A stretch of 62,859 nucleotides of DNA from contig CAZHNG010000001.1 in the NCBI GenBank assembly GCA_964533785.1, forward strand, positions 29,770 through 92,628, read 5' to 3'. Under the pieces are notes generated by a model. The model searched no databases, had not been told where the DNA came from, and worked only from the letters and a program-made list of their open reading frames with translations. Each line of letters opens with the position of its first letter. The stretch's first letter is position 1. Both the position numbers and the translations under genes were made by a program. Below, piece by piece: positions 28,674 to 39,056 of the stretch. Source of the stretch: an uncultured Saprospiraceae bacterium. Its GTDB lineage: Bacteria > Bacteroidota > Bacteroidia > Chitinophagales > Saprospiraceae.

Positions 28674-30128
28674 TTAATGATCGCTACCTTCTTTTTCAAT
28701 GATCCTGGCAGCTTCCTCCGCAGTCTCCATACCATTTTCTTCATGGTGGTGATGCTGAGCATCAGGGCCGACATATTGATCACCTGCTGTTTTCAGAATA
28801 CTTTTAATTTCAGCAACGGCCACAACCGGAGCTACTCTGGTAAATATCAAATAAAGCAATGAGAAGAAACCGATCGTTCCGACAAAAATACCGATCTCCA
28901 CCCAGGTGGGGGTATAGTAACTCCAACTTGATGGTAAGTAATCCCTTGCCAGGGTCGTTGCAATAATTACGAATCTTTCAAACCACATTCCAATGTTCAC
29001 AAAAATGGAAAGTAAGAATGTAATGAACAGGTTTCTACGGAATTTTCTGAACCAGAAAATCTGTGGTGAAATAACATTACAGGTCATCATACCCACGTAC
29101 GACCACCAGTATGGTCCGAGTACCCTATTGTAAAAAGCATATTGTTCATACAAATAACCAGAATACCAGGCGATAAATAATTCCGTCAAATAGGCGACCC
29201 CTACGATCGTTCCGGTCAGTAATATGACTTTATTCATACTATCGATGTGCTCGATAGTTATATATTCTTCGAGTTTTAAGATCTTTCGGGTTATCAGCAT
29301 CAGGGTTAATACCATGGCAAAACCGGAGAAGATCGCTCCCGCAACAAAATAGGGTGGGAAAATGGTAGTGTGCCATCCCGGGATTACTGATGTGGCGAAG
29401 TCAAAAGATACAATAGTGTGTACTGAAAGTACCAGTGGCGTAGCAAGACCTGCCAATACCAGGGATAAACTTTCCCATCTTTGCCAGTGCTTTGCGGAAC
29501 CGGTCCAGCCGAAAGAAACAACATTGTAGATTCTTTTGCGGATACCTTTCGCCCGGTCTCTGATAGTCGCAAAATCAGGCACTAAACCAGTATACCAGAA
29601 CAAAAGAGACACAGTAAAGTAAGTCGAGATAGCGAATACATCCCACAAAAGCGGAGAGTTAAAATTCACCCAAAGCGGACCTCTTGTGTTGGGATAAGGG
29701 AAAATAAAAAAGGCCAGCCAGATTCGTCCCATGTGAATCAACGGGAATAAACCTGCACACATTACGGCGAAAATGGTCATCGCCTCAGCAGCACGGTTAA
29801 CCCCTGTACGCCATTTCTGTCTGAATAACAAGAGAATGGCGGAGATTAAGGTACCCGCGTGACCAATACCAATCCACCAAACGAAGTTGGTGATATCCCA
29901 GGCCCAGCCAATAGTCTTGTTCGCTCCCCATGTTCCAATACCAAACCAAATAGTCCATGCTATGCAGAAAAATAACAATCCGGTCAAACCTGCCGCCGAC
30001 ATAAAAGCTATGATCCACGCAAAAGAAGGCGCTTTTTCAGTAGGCGAACAAATATCTTCCGTGATATCGTGATATGTCTTATTCCCTTTTACGAGTGGAG
30101 GTCTAATTGACGAAATCGGTGCACTCAT
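28674..30128 (-). CDS. actC: ACIII quinol-interacting NrfD/PsrC-family subunit ActC
   Basis: 484 aa polytopic NrfD-like protein following ActB. Confidence 0.85.
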   Translation of the reverse strand: MSAPISSIRPPLVKGNKTYHDITEDICSPTEKAPSFAWIIAFMSAAGLTGLLFFCIAWTIWFGIGTWGANKTIGWAWDITNFVWWIGIGHAGTLISAILLLFRQKWRTGVNRAAEAMTIFAVMCAGLFPLIHMGRIWLAFFIFPYPNTRGPLWVNFNSPLLWDVFAISTYFTVSLLFWYTGLVPDFATIRDRAKGIRKRIYNVVSFGWTGSAKHWQRWESLSLVLAGLATPLVLSVHTIVSFDFATSVIPGWHTTIFPPYFVAGAIFSGFAMVLTLMLITRKILKLEEYITIEHIDSMNKVILLTGTIVGVAYLTELFIAWYSGYLYEQYAFYNRVLGPYWWSYVGMMTCNVISPQIFWFRKFRRNLFITFLLSIFVNIGMWFERFVIIATTLARDYLPSSWSYYTPTWVEIGIFVGTIGFFSLLYLIFTRVAPVVAVAEIKSILKTAGDQYVGPDAQHHHHEENGMETAEEAARIIEKEGSDH

Positions 30129-30159
30129 ATATTGTAATTTATACTATTATATTTTTCAA

Positions 30160-33100
30160 TTAAACTAATTCTTCGTCTCTGTTATTCACCTTAGCCGCGT
30201 AATAAACAGATGGACGTGTGTTGATCTCTTCTAATACCAGATAGTTCAGAGGATTCTTCATTCTTTCAGCCAGTTCCTCATTCTGGTTATTGCCATCGCC
30301 AAAGACGATTGCACCGGTAGGACAAGCAGTTTGACATGCCGTTTTCACATCGGCGTCACGTAAAGCTCTTTGTTCACTTTTCGCTATTAGCTTACCTTCC
30401 TGAATTCGCTGTACGCAGAAGCTGCATTTTTCAATAACCCCTCTTGATCTTACCGTTACGTCAGGATTTAAGACCATCCGGGTCAGGTTGTCAGCCCCGA
30501 AAGGCAATTCTTCTCCATTTACAGTATACTCATTAGCAGGGAAGATATCCGCTGTCGTATAGTCTAACCAGTTGAACCTTCTAACTTTGTAGGGACAGTT
30601 GTTGGCACAGTAACGTGTACCAATACAACGGTTATAGGTCATTTGATTTAAACCTTCGGAGCTGTGATTGGTAGCTGCAACCGGGCAGACGTTTTCGCAG
30701 GGTGCGTTATCACAGTGCTGACACATCATCGGCTGATAAACCACATTGGGATTTTCATAGTCTCCATAGTAGTAGCGATCAATCCTCAACCAGGTCATCT
30801 CATGGTGCCTTGCGACTTCCGTTCTACCAACGACCGGCACATTATTTTCTGCTACACAAGCCACCTGGCAAGCTCCGCAACCGATACATGCATTCAAGTC
30901 TACATGCATGTTCCAGTGGTGGCCTTGCTCGTATATGTACTCCTTATATTCTTCGTAGGGATAAATCGTATGGGAGTTTAGCTTTTCTGCTTCTGCCCGC
31001 TTTTCCTCAATATGGTGTACCAATTCATCGAGGTCTTCTACTTTCCCTTGATAAATGATGGAGCGATCTACCAAACCACCCTGGAAACCATCGTCATTAA
31101 ATGGATCAGAAAGTGGGTTGATGACTTTTTCATCCACATTAATGGTTTCCCCCTTCTTATTTTCACCTTCTACTCCCATCGTATGATGGTACTGAACGCT
31201 TGGCAGCAATTCAGTATCTCCAGTTTTCCGGACATTCGCGACGGAAGCATAATACTGAGTGTTCCCATTATCGTCGATGCTCAACCAGGGATAAACATTT
31301 ACACCAATGTCTGATCCCATTTCTTGCCCCCGAAGACCAGTGTGTTTCCTACCGTAACCGATAGCGAGTGCTAACGTATCTTGTAATAAACCAAATTGAC
31401 GTACTACGGTACATTTTTCTGCAATCCCGTTGACGTCAAGATTTACCTGGTCTGCCTCACCGTATATTTCACGGTTATTCAAATCCTGAAAAGCCTGGAA
31501 TTTATTTCCACCGTCCCAGCTGATCGGTATGGCGAGGTAGTTACCCCAAACACAACGGTTGATCGGATCCGGCATTTCCTGCAACCAGGGATTATTGGCG
31601 TATTGTCCGCCTCCCATGTTTACCGTCTCGTAGAATACGATCTCCATGCCGGTGTTGGACGGGTTGCGTACCTTTTTAGCCGCGATTTGGACGTTACCGG
31701 CAAATTCTACCGTCATGGGTTCCTGCTCGATAACAAATACTCCGTCGTGCAACGCTGAGTCCCAGAAAGACTGGAAAGTAACAAATTCATTTTGCGCGGG
31801 AAAAGCAAAGGTTTCCCAATTAGCTTTTAGGTATTCGAAATATGGCTGATCACTTCCTGTATCCAGGTTTTCGCTACCCGCCCAACGCAGTAAGGTTTCT
31901 TCAGTTTGACGAGTATTAAAAAGCGGCGCAATGGTAGGCTGAATCAAACTATACTCACCGCGCTTGGGTTCTACATCTCCCCAGCTTTCAAGGAAATGAT
32001 GGGTAGGTGCTGCGTAATCACACAAGAGTGTGGTCTCATTAGGTACCGTTGAAAAAGAAATCTTCATCGGTACTTTGCCCATCGCATCGGCAAATTGATC
32101 AGCACCCGGAATATCATAAGCCGGATTAGCACCATCCATAACGAAGAGATAATCTACTCTTCCGGCATTCATTTCAGTGATCAGATCCTGAACCTCTTTA
32201 TCGGTTCCCTTGCGTTGGTGAGAAGCATGTGAAAAGTCGAGGGTTTCTCCGTAATTGCCCAATAAATTATTGATCGCATTGACGATGGTTTGCTCACCGA
32301 TATTATTGGAGCCGGAGACCACGAGTGATTTTCCGGAGTTCTCCGCAAGTTCACGAGCTACTTTACGAATTTTATCTACTTTACTCTGATCTTCCAGTTT
32401 TGGTCCGCCGCTGATCTGCTCTCCTCCTAGTACCCGAGCCACTTCATTGTACAGAACAATGACCGCTGCTCCTTGCTCGGAAGGCTTTACCAAAATGCGG
32501 TTATCGGCATTAGATCCCGTAAGACTCATGTGGGTTTCGATCTGAACATGACGGGACAGTTTTGCTTCTTTAGGATTCTTGATTTTCCGGTTGGTTGCGT
32601 ACTGAGCTGCAAATTCTACCGGCGAGATCCAGGTACCAAGGAAGTCAGCATCCAAAGAAACGATCACTTCCGCTTTATCAAAACGGTAGCCGGGAATCGC
32701 TTTCACCCCAAAACATTCTTCGTTCGCCTGCAACATCGCAGCACTGGATACGGGATCATAGGTAATGACCTGTGTATTGGGATATTTGGCGATAAACTCT
32801 TCCAATACCTTATTGAAAGTCGGGCTCATGTTAGTATTGGTAACAATGCGAATTTGTGCATCGACACCCAATTTCCCAGTGACGGCATTATCTAATCCTT
32901 CCCATCCCAGACCTTCATCACGTGATCTGGGCATGTCAATATCACCATCCTCAATTTTGGCAGGCCCCGTAATTCTGCTGGTATCATATAAACTCAATAC
33001 ACTGGCCTGAGCACGGGCACTAGTTCCCCCTTTGGTAACCGAGGACAAACTGTTACCTTCGATTTTAATAGGCCTTCCTTCTCTTGTTTTTACAAGAATA

Positions 33101-33423
33101 GAACAGTAATCACCACCTTGTACAAAAGAAGAGGCATAGTAAGTAGCGACCCCAGGAACGATCTGATCCGGTTTAACCACATAAGGTATAGCCCTTTTCA
33201 GTGGGATCTCACAGCTTGACGCTACGGTAGCAGCTCCCAAACCGAATCCCAAATACTTGAGAAAATCTCTCCGGGAACTTTCTACACCCAGTGTTTTTTC
33301 GTTTGTTAATTGTTTATGCAGCGGCTCAGCATTCAGTTCTTGTTCTCTAAGCTCTTGGTAGGCAGGATCGTTGTTCAGTTGTTCAACTCCTACCCAAACA
33401 CCTTTTTTCTGCTTTATATTCAT
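30160..33423 (-). CDS. actB: ACIII ActB: Tat-exported molybdopterin-oxidoreductase-like domain fused to a 4Fe-4S ferredoxin domain
   Basis: Twin-arginine signal SRRDFLKYLGFGLGAA. C-terminal cluster motifs CIGCGACQVAC, CQHCDNAPC, CIGTRYCANNCP. 1087 aa. Confidence 0.9.
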   Translation of the reverse strand: MNIKQKKGVWVGVEQLNNDPAYQELREQELNAEPLHKQLTNEKTLGVESSRRDFLKYLGFGLGAATVASSCEIPLKRAIPYVVKPDQIVPGVATYYASSFVQGGDYCSILVKTREGRPIKIEGNSLSSVTKGGTSARAQASVLSLYDTSRITGPAKIEDGDIDMPRSRDEGLGWEGLDNAVTGKLGVDAQIRIVTNTNMSPTFNKVLEEFIAKYPNTQVITYDPVSSAAMLQANEECFGVKAIPGYRFDKAEVIVSLDADFLGTWISPVEFAAQYATNRKIKNPKEAKLSRHVQIETHMSLTGSNADNRILVKPSEQGAAVIVLYNEVARVLGGEQISGGPKLEDQSKVDKIRKVARELAENSGKSLVVSGSNNIGEQTIVNAINNLLGNYGETLDFSHASHQRKGTDKEVQDLITEMNAGRVDYLFVMDGANPAYDIPGADQFADAMGKVPMKISFSTVPNETTLLCDYAAPTHHFLESWGDVEPKRGEYSLIQPTIAPLFNTRQTEETLLRWAGSENLDTGSDQPYFEYLKANWETFAFPAQNEFVTFQSFWDSALHDGVFVIEQEPMTVEFAGNVQIAAKKVRNPSNTGMEIVFYETVNMGGGQYANNPWLQEMPDPINRCVWGNYLAIPISWDGGNKFQAFQDLNNREIYGEADQVNLDVNGIAEKCTVVRQFGLLQDTLALAIGYGRKHTGLRGQEMGSDIGVNVYPWLSIDDNGNTQYYASVANVRKTGDTELLPSVQYHHTMGVEGENKKGETINVDEKVINPLSDPFNDDGFQGGLVDRSIIYQGKVEDLDELVHHIEEKRAEAEKLNSHTIYPYEEYKEYIYEQGHHWNMHVDLNACIGCGACQVACVAENNVPVVGRTEVARHHEMTWLRIDRYYYGDYENPNVVYQPMMCQHCDNAPCENVCPVAATNHSSEGLNQMTYNRCIGTRYCANNCPYKVRRFNWLDYTTADIFPANEYTVNGEELPFGADNLTRMVLNPDVTVRSRGVIEKCSFCVQRIQEGKLIAKSEQRALRDADVKTACQTACPTGAIVFGDGNNQNEELAERMKNPLNYLVLEEINTRPSVYYAAKVNNRDEELV

Positions 33424-33517
33424 TGATACTATAGTATTTATGGATATATTATATTTCGGGTACGAAGGTATAAAATTTATAAAACCTTCAAATCCCTTTT
33501 ATTTCTTCAATTTATTC

Positions 33518-34909
33518 CTAATAATGGCACTTCTGACATTCAAGACCGCCTATATCTTCCACAGTTACTTTGTCACGTTCACCATTACTTAGTTCTTCAT
33601 GGTATCTTTCGTAAGCCTGATAGTATTCGTTATCACTGAATTGTACCTCCGTTTGACGGTGACAATTCACGCACCAACCCATCGATAGGGGTGAATACTG
33701 CTGTACAACTTCCATTTCTTCTACGGGACCGTGACAAGTCTGGCATTCTAATTGCCCGACAGTAACGTGCTGCGCATGATTAAAATAAGCGTGATCTGGT
33801 AGATTGTGAATTCTAACCCACTCGATCGGTCCCTGGATCTTAGGCTTGGTTTCATTAGTCAAAGAAGTTTGGATACCTTCCCACTGATCTTCCATCAGTT
33901 CTTCGCCTTTCTGATCTAATTGACCATTTTCCTGGATATAATTATCAGCGATCCAGCTCTTGAAGATCTTTTCAATATCCGATTCACTTAGATCTTCATA
34001 ATTCTCGATATATTCATCCGTATTCGGATTATAACCGATAGAAGCATAAATCTTAGAGATTTCTGCCGTACCGTACTGAGATCCTACTTTGATCGCGCTG
34101 TGGCAATTCATACAGGTATTAGCTGCCGGTATAACAGAGTGTTTACTGCGGCGAGCACCATCGTGACAATATTGGCAATCGATTTGATTCAGACCGGCAT
34201 GTGTAACGTGAGAGAATTTAATCGGTTGCTCTGGCTGATAGCCTTGCTGACGTCCTAGCGAAATGGCGTTGTTTACCGTAGTGTATCCGCCTAGCACCAC
34301 CAACGCAAAAATGACAAAACCGATCACCCCTCTACTGGTCAATATCTCGACTAAAGTTTTACGGCGTGCCGGAGCAGTGCCCTCTTTTACCTGTGCCATG
34401 TAGTTAAGATTGGCAACGATGCGTGCCAAAACAATGGCTAAAAGAGCCAGGATAACAGTAAGAATGATAAAATATGGCGTATTGTCTCTTTCTTCGACTA
34501 TCTGAGCCACTTGACCTTGCCCATTAGGGTCTGGTTTAGGATATTCTCCGATGTATACACCGTCTATATAGGCCAAAATATTGGCAATTTCCTGATCAGT
34601 TAAATTGAGGAAACTGTTCATGACGGTAGGCTTCCACTCATCCCATAATTCGACCGCCCGGGGATGACCCTCGGCGATCATGGCCTGAGAATTCCTGATC
34701 CAGCGATACAGGTCTTCCTCGCTTTCCCAACGCTCTTGAACACCACCAAGTGCAGGCCCTGTTAGATTACTCTTCATATCTTTGGCGTGACAGGCACCAC
34801 AGTAGTTGCGGAATAATACTTTACCCGCATCCAAATCAGCTTCTTGAGCCGATGCCAAGGAAACTGAAAGGAAAAAGAAAAAGCAGCTAGCAAAAATTCT
34901 GCGTATCAT
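33518..34909 (-). CDS. actA: ACIII multiheme cytochrome ActA with an extra N-terminal monoheme cytochrome c domain
   Basis: Six CxxCH sites: CGACH in the N-terminal domain, then two TM helices, then CQYCH, CMNCH, CQTCH, CVNCH, CQKCH. Confidence 0.85.
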   Translation of the reverse strand: MIRRIFASCFFFFLSVSLASAQEADLDAGKVLFRNYCGACHAKDMKSNLTGPALGGVQERWESEEDLYRWIRNSQAMIAEGHPRAVELWDEWKPTVMNSFLNLTDQEIANILAYIDGVYIGEYPKPDPNGQGQVAQIVEERDNTPYFIILTVILALLAIVLARIVANLNYMAQVKEGTAPARRKTLVEILTSRGVIGFVIFALVVLGGYTTVNNAISLGRQQGYQPEQPIKFSHVTHAGLNQIDCQYCHDGARRSKHSVIPAANTCMNCHSAIKVGSQYGTAEISKIYASIGYNPNTDEYIENYEDLSESDIEKIFKSWIADNYIQENGQLDQKGEELMEDQWEGIQTSLTNETKPKIQGPIEWVRIHNLPDHAYFNHAQHVTVGQLECQTCHGPVEEMEVVQQYSPLSMGWCVNCHRQTEVQFSDNEYYQAYERYHEELSNGERDKVTVEDIGGLECQKCHY

Positions 34910-34967
34910 TGATTGAACTTTTTTTTACTTGAACTACATTAAATAATTGCAATTCTTACAATTGCTG

Positions 34968-34998
34968 CAAATATAGTTCACCGTTTATTCTCTGACAA
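34968..34998 (-). promoter_or_regulatory. Candidate Bacteroidota sigmaA-type promoter for the ACIII-oxidase block
   Basis: The minus strand reads TTG-N20-TATATTTG (TTG at 34998-34996, TAnnTTTG at 34975-34968), about 60 nt upstream of the actA ATG. A perfect palindrome aattgcaatt lies at 34946-34955. Confidence 0.4.
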
Positions 34999-35095
34999 TA
35001 TTAAGACAATGCATAAAGTTATTTAGATTCCTTCTAAATAGGGCGCATAACCCATTCTGCACGAACTTATAAATAACAACTTTGTCTAATCTATA

Positions 35096-35890
35096 TTAGA
35101 CTGATACTTTTGCTTTGATCGGAGGATGAGGGTTATATCCTTCTATAACGAAATCCTCATACTTAAAATCAAAAATATTCTTTCTTTCGGGATTCAATTT
35201 TAAAGTTGGTAACGTTCTTGGGGTACGACTCAACTGTAACCTTGCTTGCTCAACGTGATTTTTATACAGATGCACATCGCCGAAAGTATGTATAAAATCA
35301 CCAACTTCCAGGTCACATACCTGTGCGATCATGTGCGTCAGCATTGCATAAGAGGCCATATTAAAAGGTACCCCCAGAAAAACATCAGCAGAACGCTGAT
35401 ACAGCTGACAAGACAGTTTCCCGTTGACAACGTAAAACTGAAATAGAGCGTGGCAAGGAGTAAGTGCCATTTCTTCTAATTCACCAACATTCCAGGCATT
35501 CACCATAATCCTTCTGGAATTCGGGTTACGCTTTATCGTTTCTATTGCATTTGTGATCTGATTTACGGTTGTACCATCTTTCCTCTCCCATCTTACCCAT
35601 TGTTTTCCGTAGATAGGCCCCAGATCGCCGTTTTCATCCGCCCATTCATTCCAAATGCGCACGCCGTTTTCCTGCAGGTATTTCACATTGGTGTCCCCGT
35701 TCAAGAACCACAAGAGCTCATAAATAATGGATTTCGTATGCAATTTCTTGGTAGTGAGCAAGGGAAATCCTTTCGACAGATCAAACCGCAATTGGTAACC
35801 AAATACGCTGTAGGTTCCGGTTCCCGTACGATCATCCTTTTCAACACCGTTATCCAGGATAAACTGGAGAAGATCTAAATACTGCCGCAT
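35096..35890 (-). CDS. thyA: Thymidylate synthase
   Basis: MRQYLDLL..., [22 protein letters not shown] at 35890; the ORF-track start is a TTG at 35908. Confidence 0.95.
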   Translation of the reverse strand: MRQYLDLLQFILDNGVEKDDRTGTGTYSVFGYQLRFDLSKGFPLLTTKKLHTKSIIYELLWFLNGDTNVKYLQENGVRIWNEWADENGDLGPIYGKQWVRWERKDGTTVNQITNAIETIKRNPNSRRIMVNAWNVGELEEMALTPCHALFQFYVVNGKLSCQLYQRSADVFLGVPFNMASYAMLTHMIAQVCDLEVGDFIHTFGDVHLYKNHVEQARLQLSRTPRTLPTLKLNPERKNIFDFKYEDFVIEGYNPHPPIKAKVSV

Positions 35891-36221
35891 GAAAAAATTT
35901 TCGGGCAAAGATATAAGATCGAGTTGATTTTTCAGGCTTTTATTTGAAAAGCCTCCCTTCTACCCTCTTCGAATGTGGAAAACCCAATCCAAATTATGGA
36001 AAACCTAAAGGAAAGGTTATTTTTTTGCCGTAATTCAATACTCGAGTTCTTGAAGTTCGAAGGTAGCTATAAACCGCTCTAAAATCTTGTAATTTTTTAT
36101 ACGCAGTGTTTTAATCATCAATTTGTAAAATTTGTATTTTCAAATTTAAGCAATCTATTTCATTTCAACCTTCTAAATGAAGCTTTGTTATGCAACTAAA
36201 TTAAGAAAATATCACCAAAAC

Positions 36222-38054
36222 ATGGCATACCGAAGTCTTGCTCACTGTGTCCGGGACTTAGAAAAACACGGACGGCTACTACGCATAAAATCCGAAGTAG
36301 ATCCCGACCTTGAAATGGCGGAAATCCACCGCCGTATCTTCGAAGCCAAAGGACCAGCCATTCTTTTTGAAAACGTCAAAGGCAGCCCTTTCCGGGCTTT
36401 ATCCAACCTGTACGGCACTTTCGAACGAACGGAATTTCTTTTTCGCCATACGATCAAACAGGTACAAAAGGTCATAGAACTCAAGGCTGATCCCGCCCAT
36501 TTTTTCAAAAACCCTCTGCGGTATTGGAACGCACCAATAACAGCTATCAAAGCCTTGCCTGCCAGAAGTCTATTCAATGCTCCTATTCTTTACGGCCAAA
36601 CCACCATCGATCAACTTCCCCTGGTGAAATCCTGGCCAATGGACGGCGGTGCTTTCGTGACCCTGCCGCAAGTCTTTACCTTGCCTCCCGAAAGTCAGAA
36701 GATCATGCAATCCAACATTGGCATGTACCGCATTCAACTGACGGGCAACGAATATGTATTGAACAAAGAAGTCGGTATGCACTACCAGATCCACCGGGGT
36801 ATTGGCGTGCACCACACCCAATATAATAATAGCGATGAGCCTTTCCGTTGCTCTATTTTCATCGGTGGGCTGCCTTCCCATGCTTTTGCGGCCATTATGC
36901 CTATGCCGGAGGGTTTATCGGAGCTTACCTTTGCGGGAATGCTGGGCGGGCGTCGTTTTCGTTACACTAAAAAAGGCGGATATTACCTTTCTTCCGATGC
37001 CGATTTTGTGATCACCGGTATTATCCGCAAGCAGGAGAAAAAACCGGAAGGCCCCTTCGGTGATCACCTCGGCTACTACAGCCTGGAACACGACTTTCCA
37101 GTGATGGAAGTTGACAAAGTATACCACCGCCAAGATGCCATCTGGCACTTTAGCGTAGTGGGCAGGCCGCCGCAAGAAGACTCCAGCTTTGGTTACCTCA
37201 TCCACCAATTGGTCAAACTGCTGACTCCCCAGGAGTTTCCGGGTATTCGCCAGATCAATGCGGTCGATGCAGCCGGCGTACATCCGCTATTATTGGCCAT
37301 TGGCAGCGAACGCTATATGCCTTTCCGCGATCAACAGGCACCGGAAGAAATATTGACGCAAGCCAACCGGATCATCGGTTCGGGGCAAACTTCACTGGCT
37401 AAATTCCTGGTTATCGCCAATGAAAGCGATAATCCACAGCTTTCTACCCATGATATTCCCGGCTTTTTCCAACACGTACTGGAGCGCATTGATCTGACGA
37501 GAGACCTCCATTTTCAAACCAAAACGACTATCGATACCCTCGACTATTCGGGCACGGGATGGAACGCCGGATCCAAGGTCATTATCGCAGCAGCAGGGCC
37601 GCCGATCCGCCAATTGACCACTACCCTACCCCGGGACTTTACATTGCCGGACGGTTTTTCCGATCCCGTATTTGTCATGCCTGGTGTTTTGGCGGTCAGG
37701 GGGCCCAAGTTTTCGGGTAATGAATCCTACCAGGATGCAAAGACTTTGAGTGTTTGGCTCGAACGATATGACTTGGAAAGTATCCCTTTAGTTCTGCTTG
37801 TAGATGAGAGTCAATTTACCGCTGCTCACATCAATAATTTTGTTTGGGTGACCTTCACGCGGGCCAATCCTTCACATGATCTTCACGGAGTGAAGCCGTT
37901 CGTAGAGCATAAGCATTGGGGATGCCGCAGCGCTTTGATCATCGACGCGCGGATAAAGCCGCACCATGCTCCTGTACTGGAGACCAATCCGGAGACCGTA
38001 AAAAAAGTGGATCGACTGTTCGCTAAAGGTGGAGAATTATACGGAGCGGTTTAG
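36222..38054 (+). CDS. UbiD family decarboxylase (menaquinone-biosynthesis-type)
   Basis: MAYRSLAHCVRDLEKHGRLLRIKSEVDP and an overall UbiD-like sequence. ATG at 36222 is preferred over the upstream start at 36177. Confidence 0.8.
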   Translation: MAYRSLAHCVRDLEKHGRLLRIKSEVDPDLEMAEIHRRIFEAKGPAILFENVKGSPFRALSNLYGTFERTEFLFRHTIKQVQKVIELKADPAHFFKNPLRYWNAPITAIKALPARSLFNAPILYGQTTIDQLPLVKSWPMDGGAFVTLPQVFTLPPESQKIMQSNIGMYRIQLTGNEYVLNKEVGMHYQIHRGIGVHHTQYNNSDEPFRCSIFIGGLPSHAFAAIMPMPEGLSELTFAGMLGGRRFRYTKKGGYYLSSDADFVITGIIRKQEKKPEGPFGDHLGYYSLEHDFPVMEVDKVYHRQDAIWHFSVVGRPPQEDSSFGYLIHQLVKLLTPQEFPGIRQINAVDAAGVHPLLLAIGSERYMPFRDQQAPEEILTQANRIIGSGQTSLAKFLVIANESDNPQLSTHDIPGFFQHVLERIDLTRDLHFQTKTTIDTLDYSGTGWNAGSKVIIAAAGPPIRQLTTTLPRDFTLPDGFSDPVFVMPGVLAVRGPKFSGNESYQDAKTLSVWLERYDLESIPLVLLVDESQFTAAHINNFVWVTFTRANPSHDLHGVKPFVEHKHWGCRSALIIDARIKPHHAPVLETNPETVKKVDRLFAKGGELYGAV

Positions 38055-39056
38055 ATGTGGTAACAGCATCCTGATTTGGTAAGAGTCCCTGGCTACTTTG
38101 ATACGGCTGAAGAAATACGTCATCACAGATTCAAAATAATATTACCTCTGAGGTATTTAGGATTACTTTGTCATCTTAAAACGAAGGAAATTTTTGAGTC
38201 GATCTCTTTAGTAAGAGATTAGATAAGAGATATTGTGCTTTATACATTGGATATTTAAAGGGAGGCTTAAATGGATATTGCTGTATTCTAATTGCGGATT
38301 TAAAAGGAGAGCATTTAATCAAAGGCGAAATTGAATTGTGGATGGCGTAATCAAAAATTTGAGATAAAAAGAACGCTGATACGAATAGTTTGTGACCAAC
38401 CTAATCCAACGAAAATGATAAATAATGCTCTTATAAAAGACGGTTAATAGTCAGAAAACTGGCTAAGCTACCTCAGAAACTTGTAAATACCTGATCATTA
38501 GGTTAAATTAGTGTTGTAAAAAAGTAGGAAAATGCCCATTTCTATTGTCGGAAGAGGAACTTTAAGAGGCAGCAAAAGGAGATCAACTTCCTCACTTCAA
38601 TTCCGGTACTTTTCATAAGGATGACAAAAAATTACGTGATCACCATTATTGGAAGAAAAAATGATTCAAGTAACTCATAACAATGTTGTCGATATTAATG
38701 GGATGGTTTCTTCAATTGATCTATCTGAAAAAGAAATAATCTCATTAAATGAATTTGAAAAAATCGGCTTTGTGGCAAGAGTCATATTATGCTTTTTCAG
38801 TTTTGTCCTGTAGTTAGCTATTTTCAAAAAATCAATAAACTTTTCATCCCCTTTTGTATTTACAAATTAGACTTGTTCGACCAGTGTAATCAAATTGAAA
38901 AAAAGAGGAATTTTTTTTAGATTTTTTCAAATTTTGAGGCCGCATAGCATCGCTACACAACGAGGAATTTGAGAGAATATAAATAAAAAGGGTCTTTTAT
39001 GCTTTTGAGGGCACCTGCCGAACAAATCTATTAATTCTATCACAAAAATTCAATCG

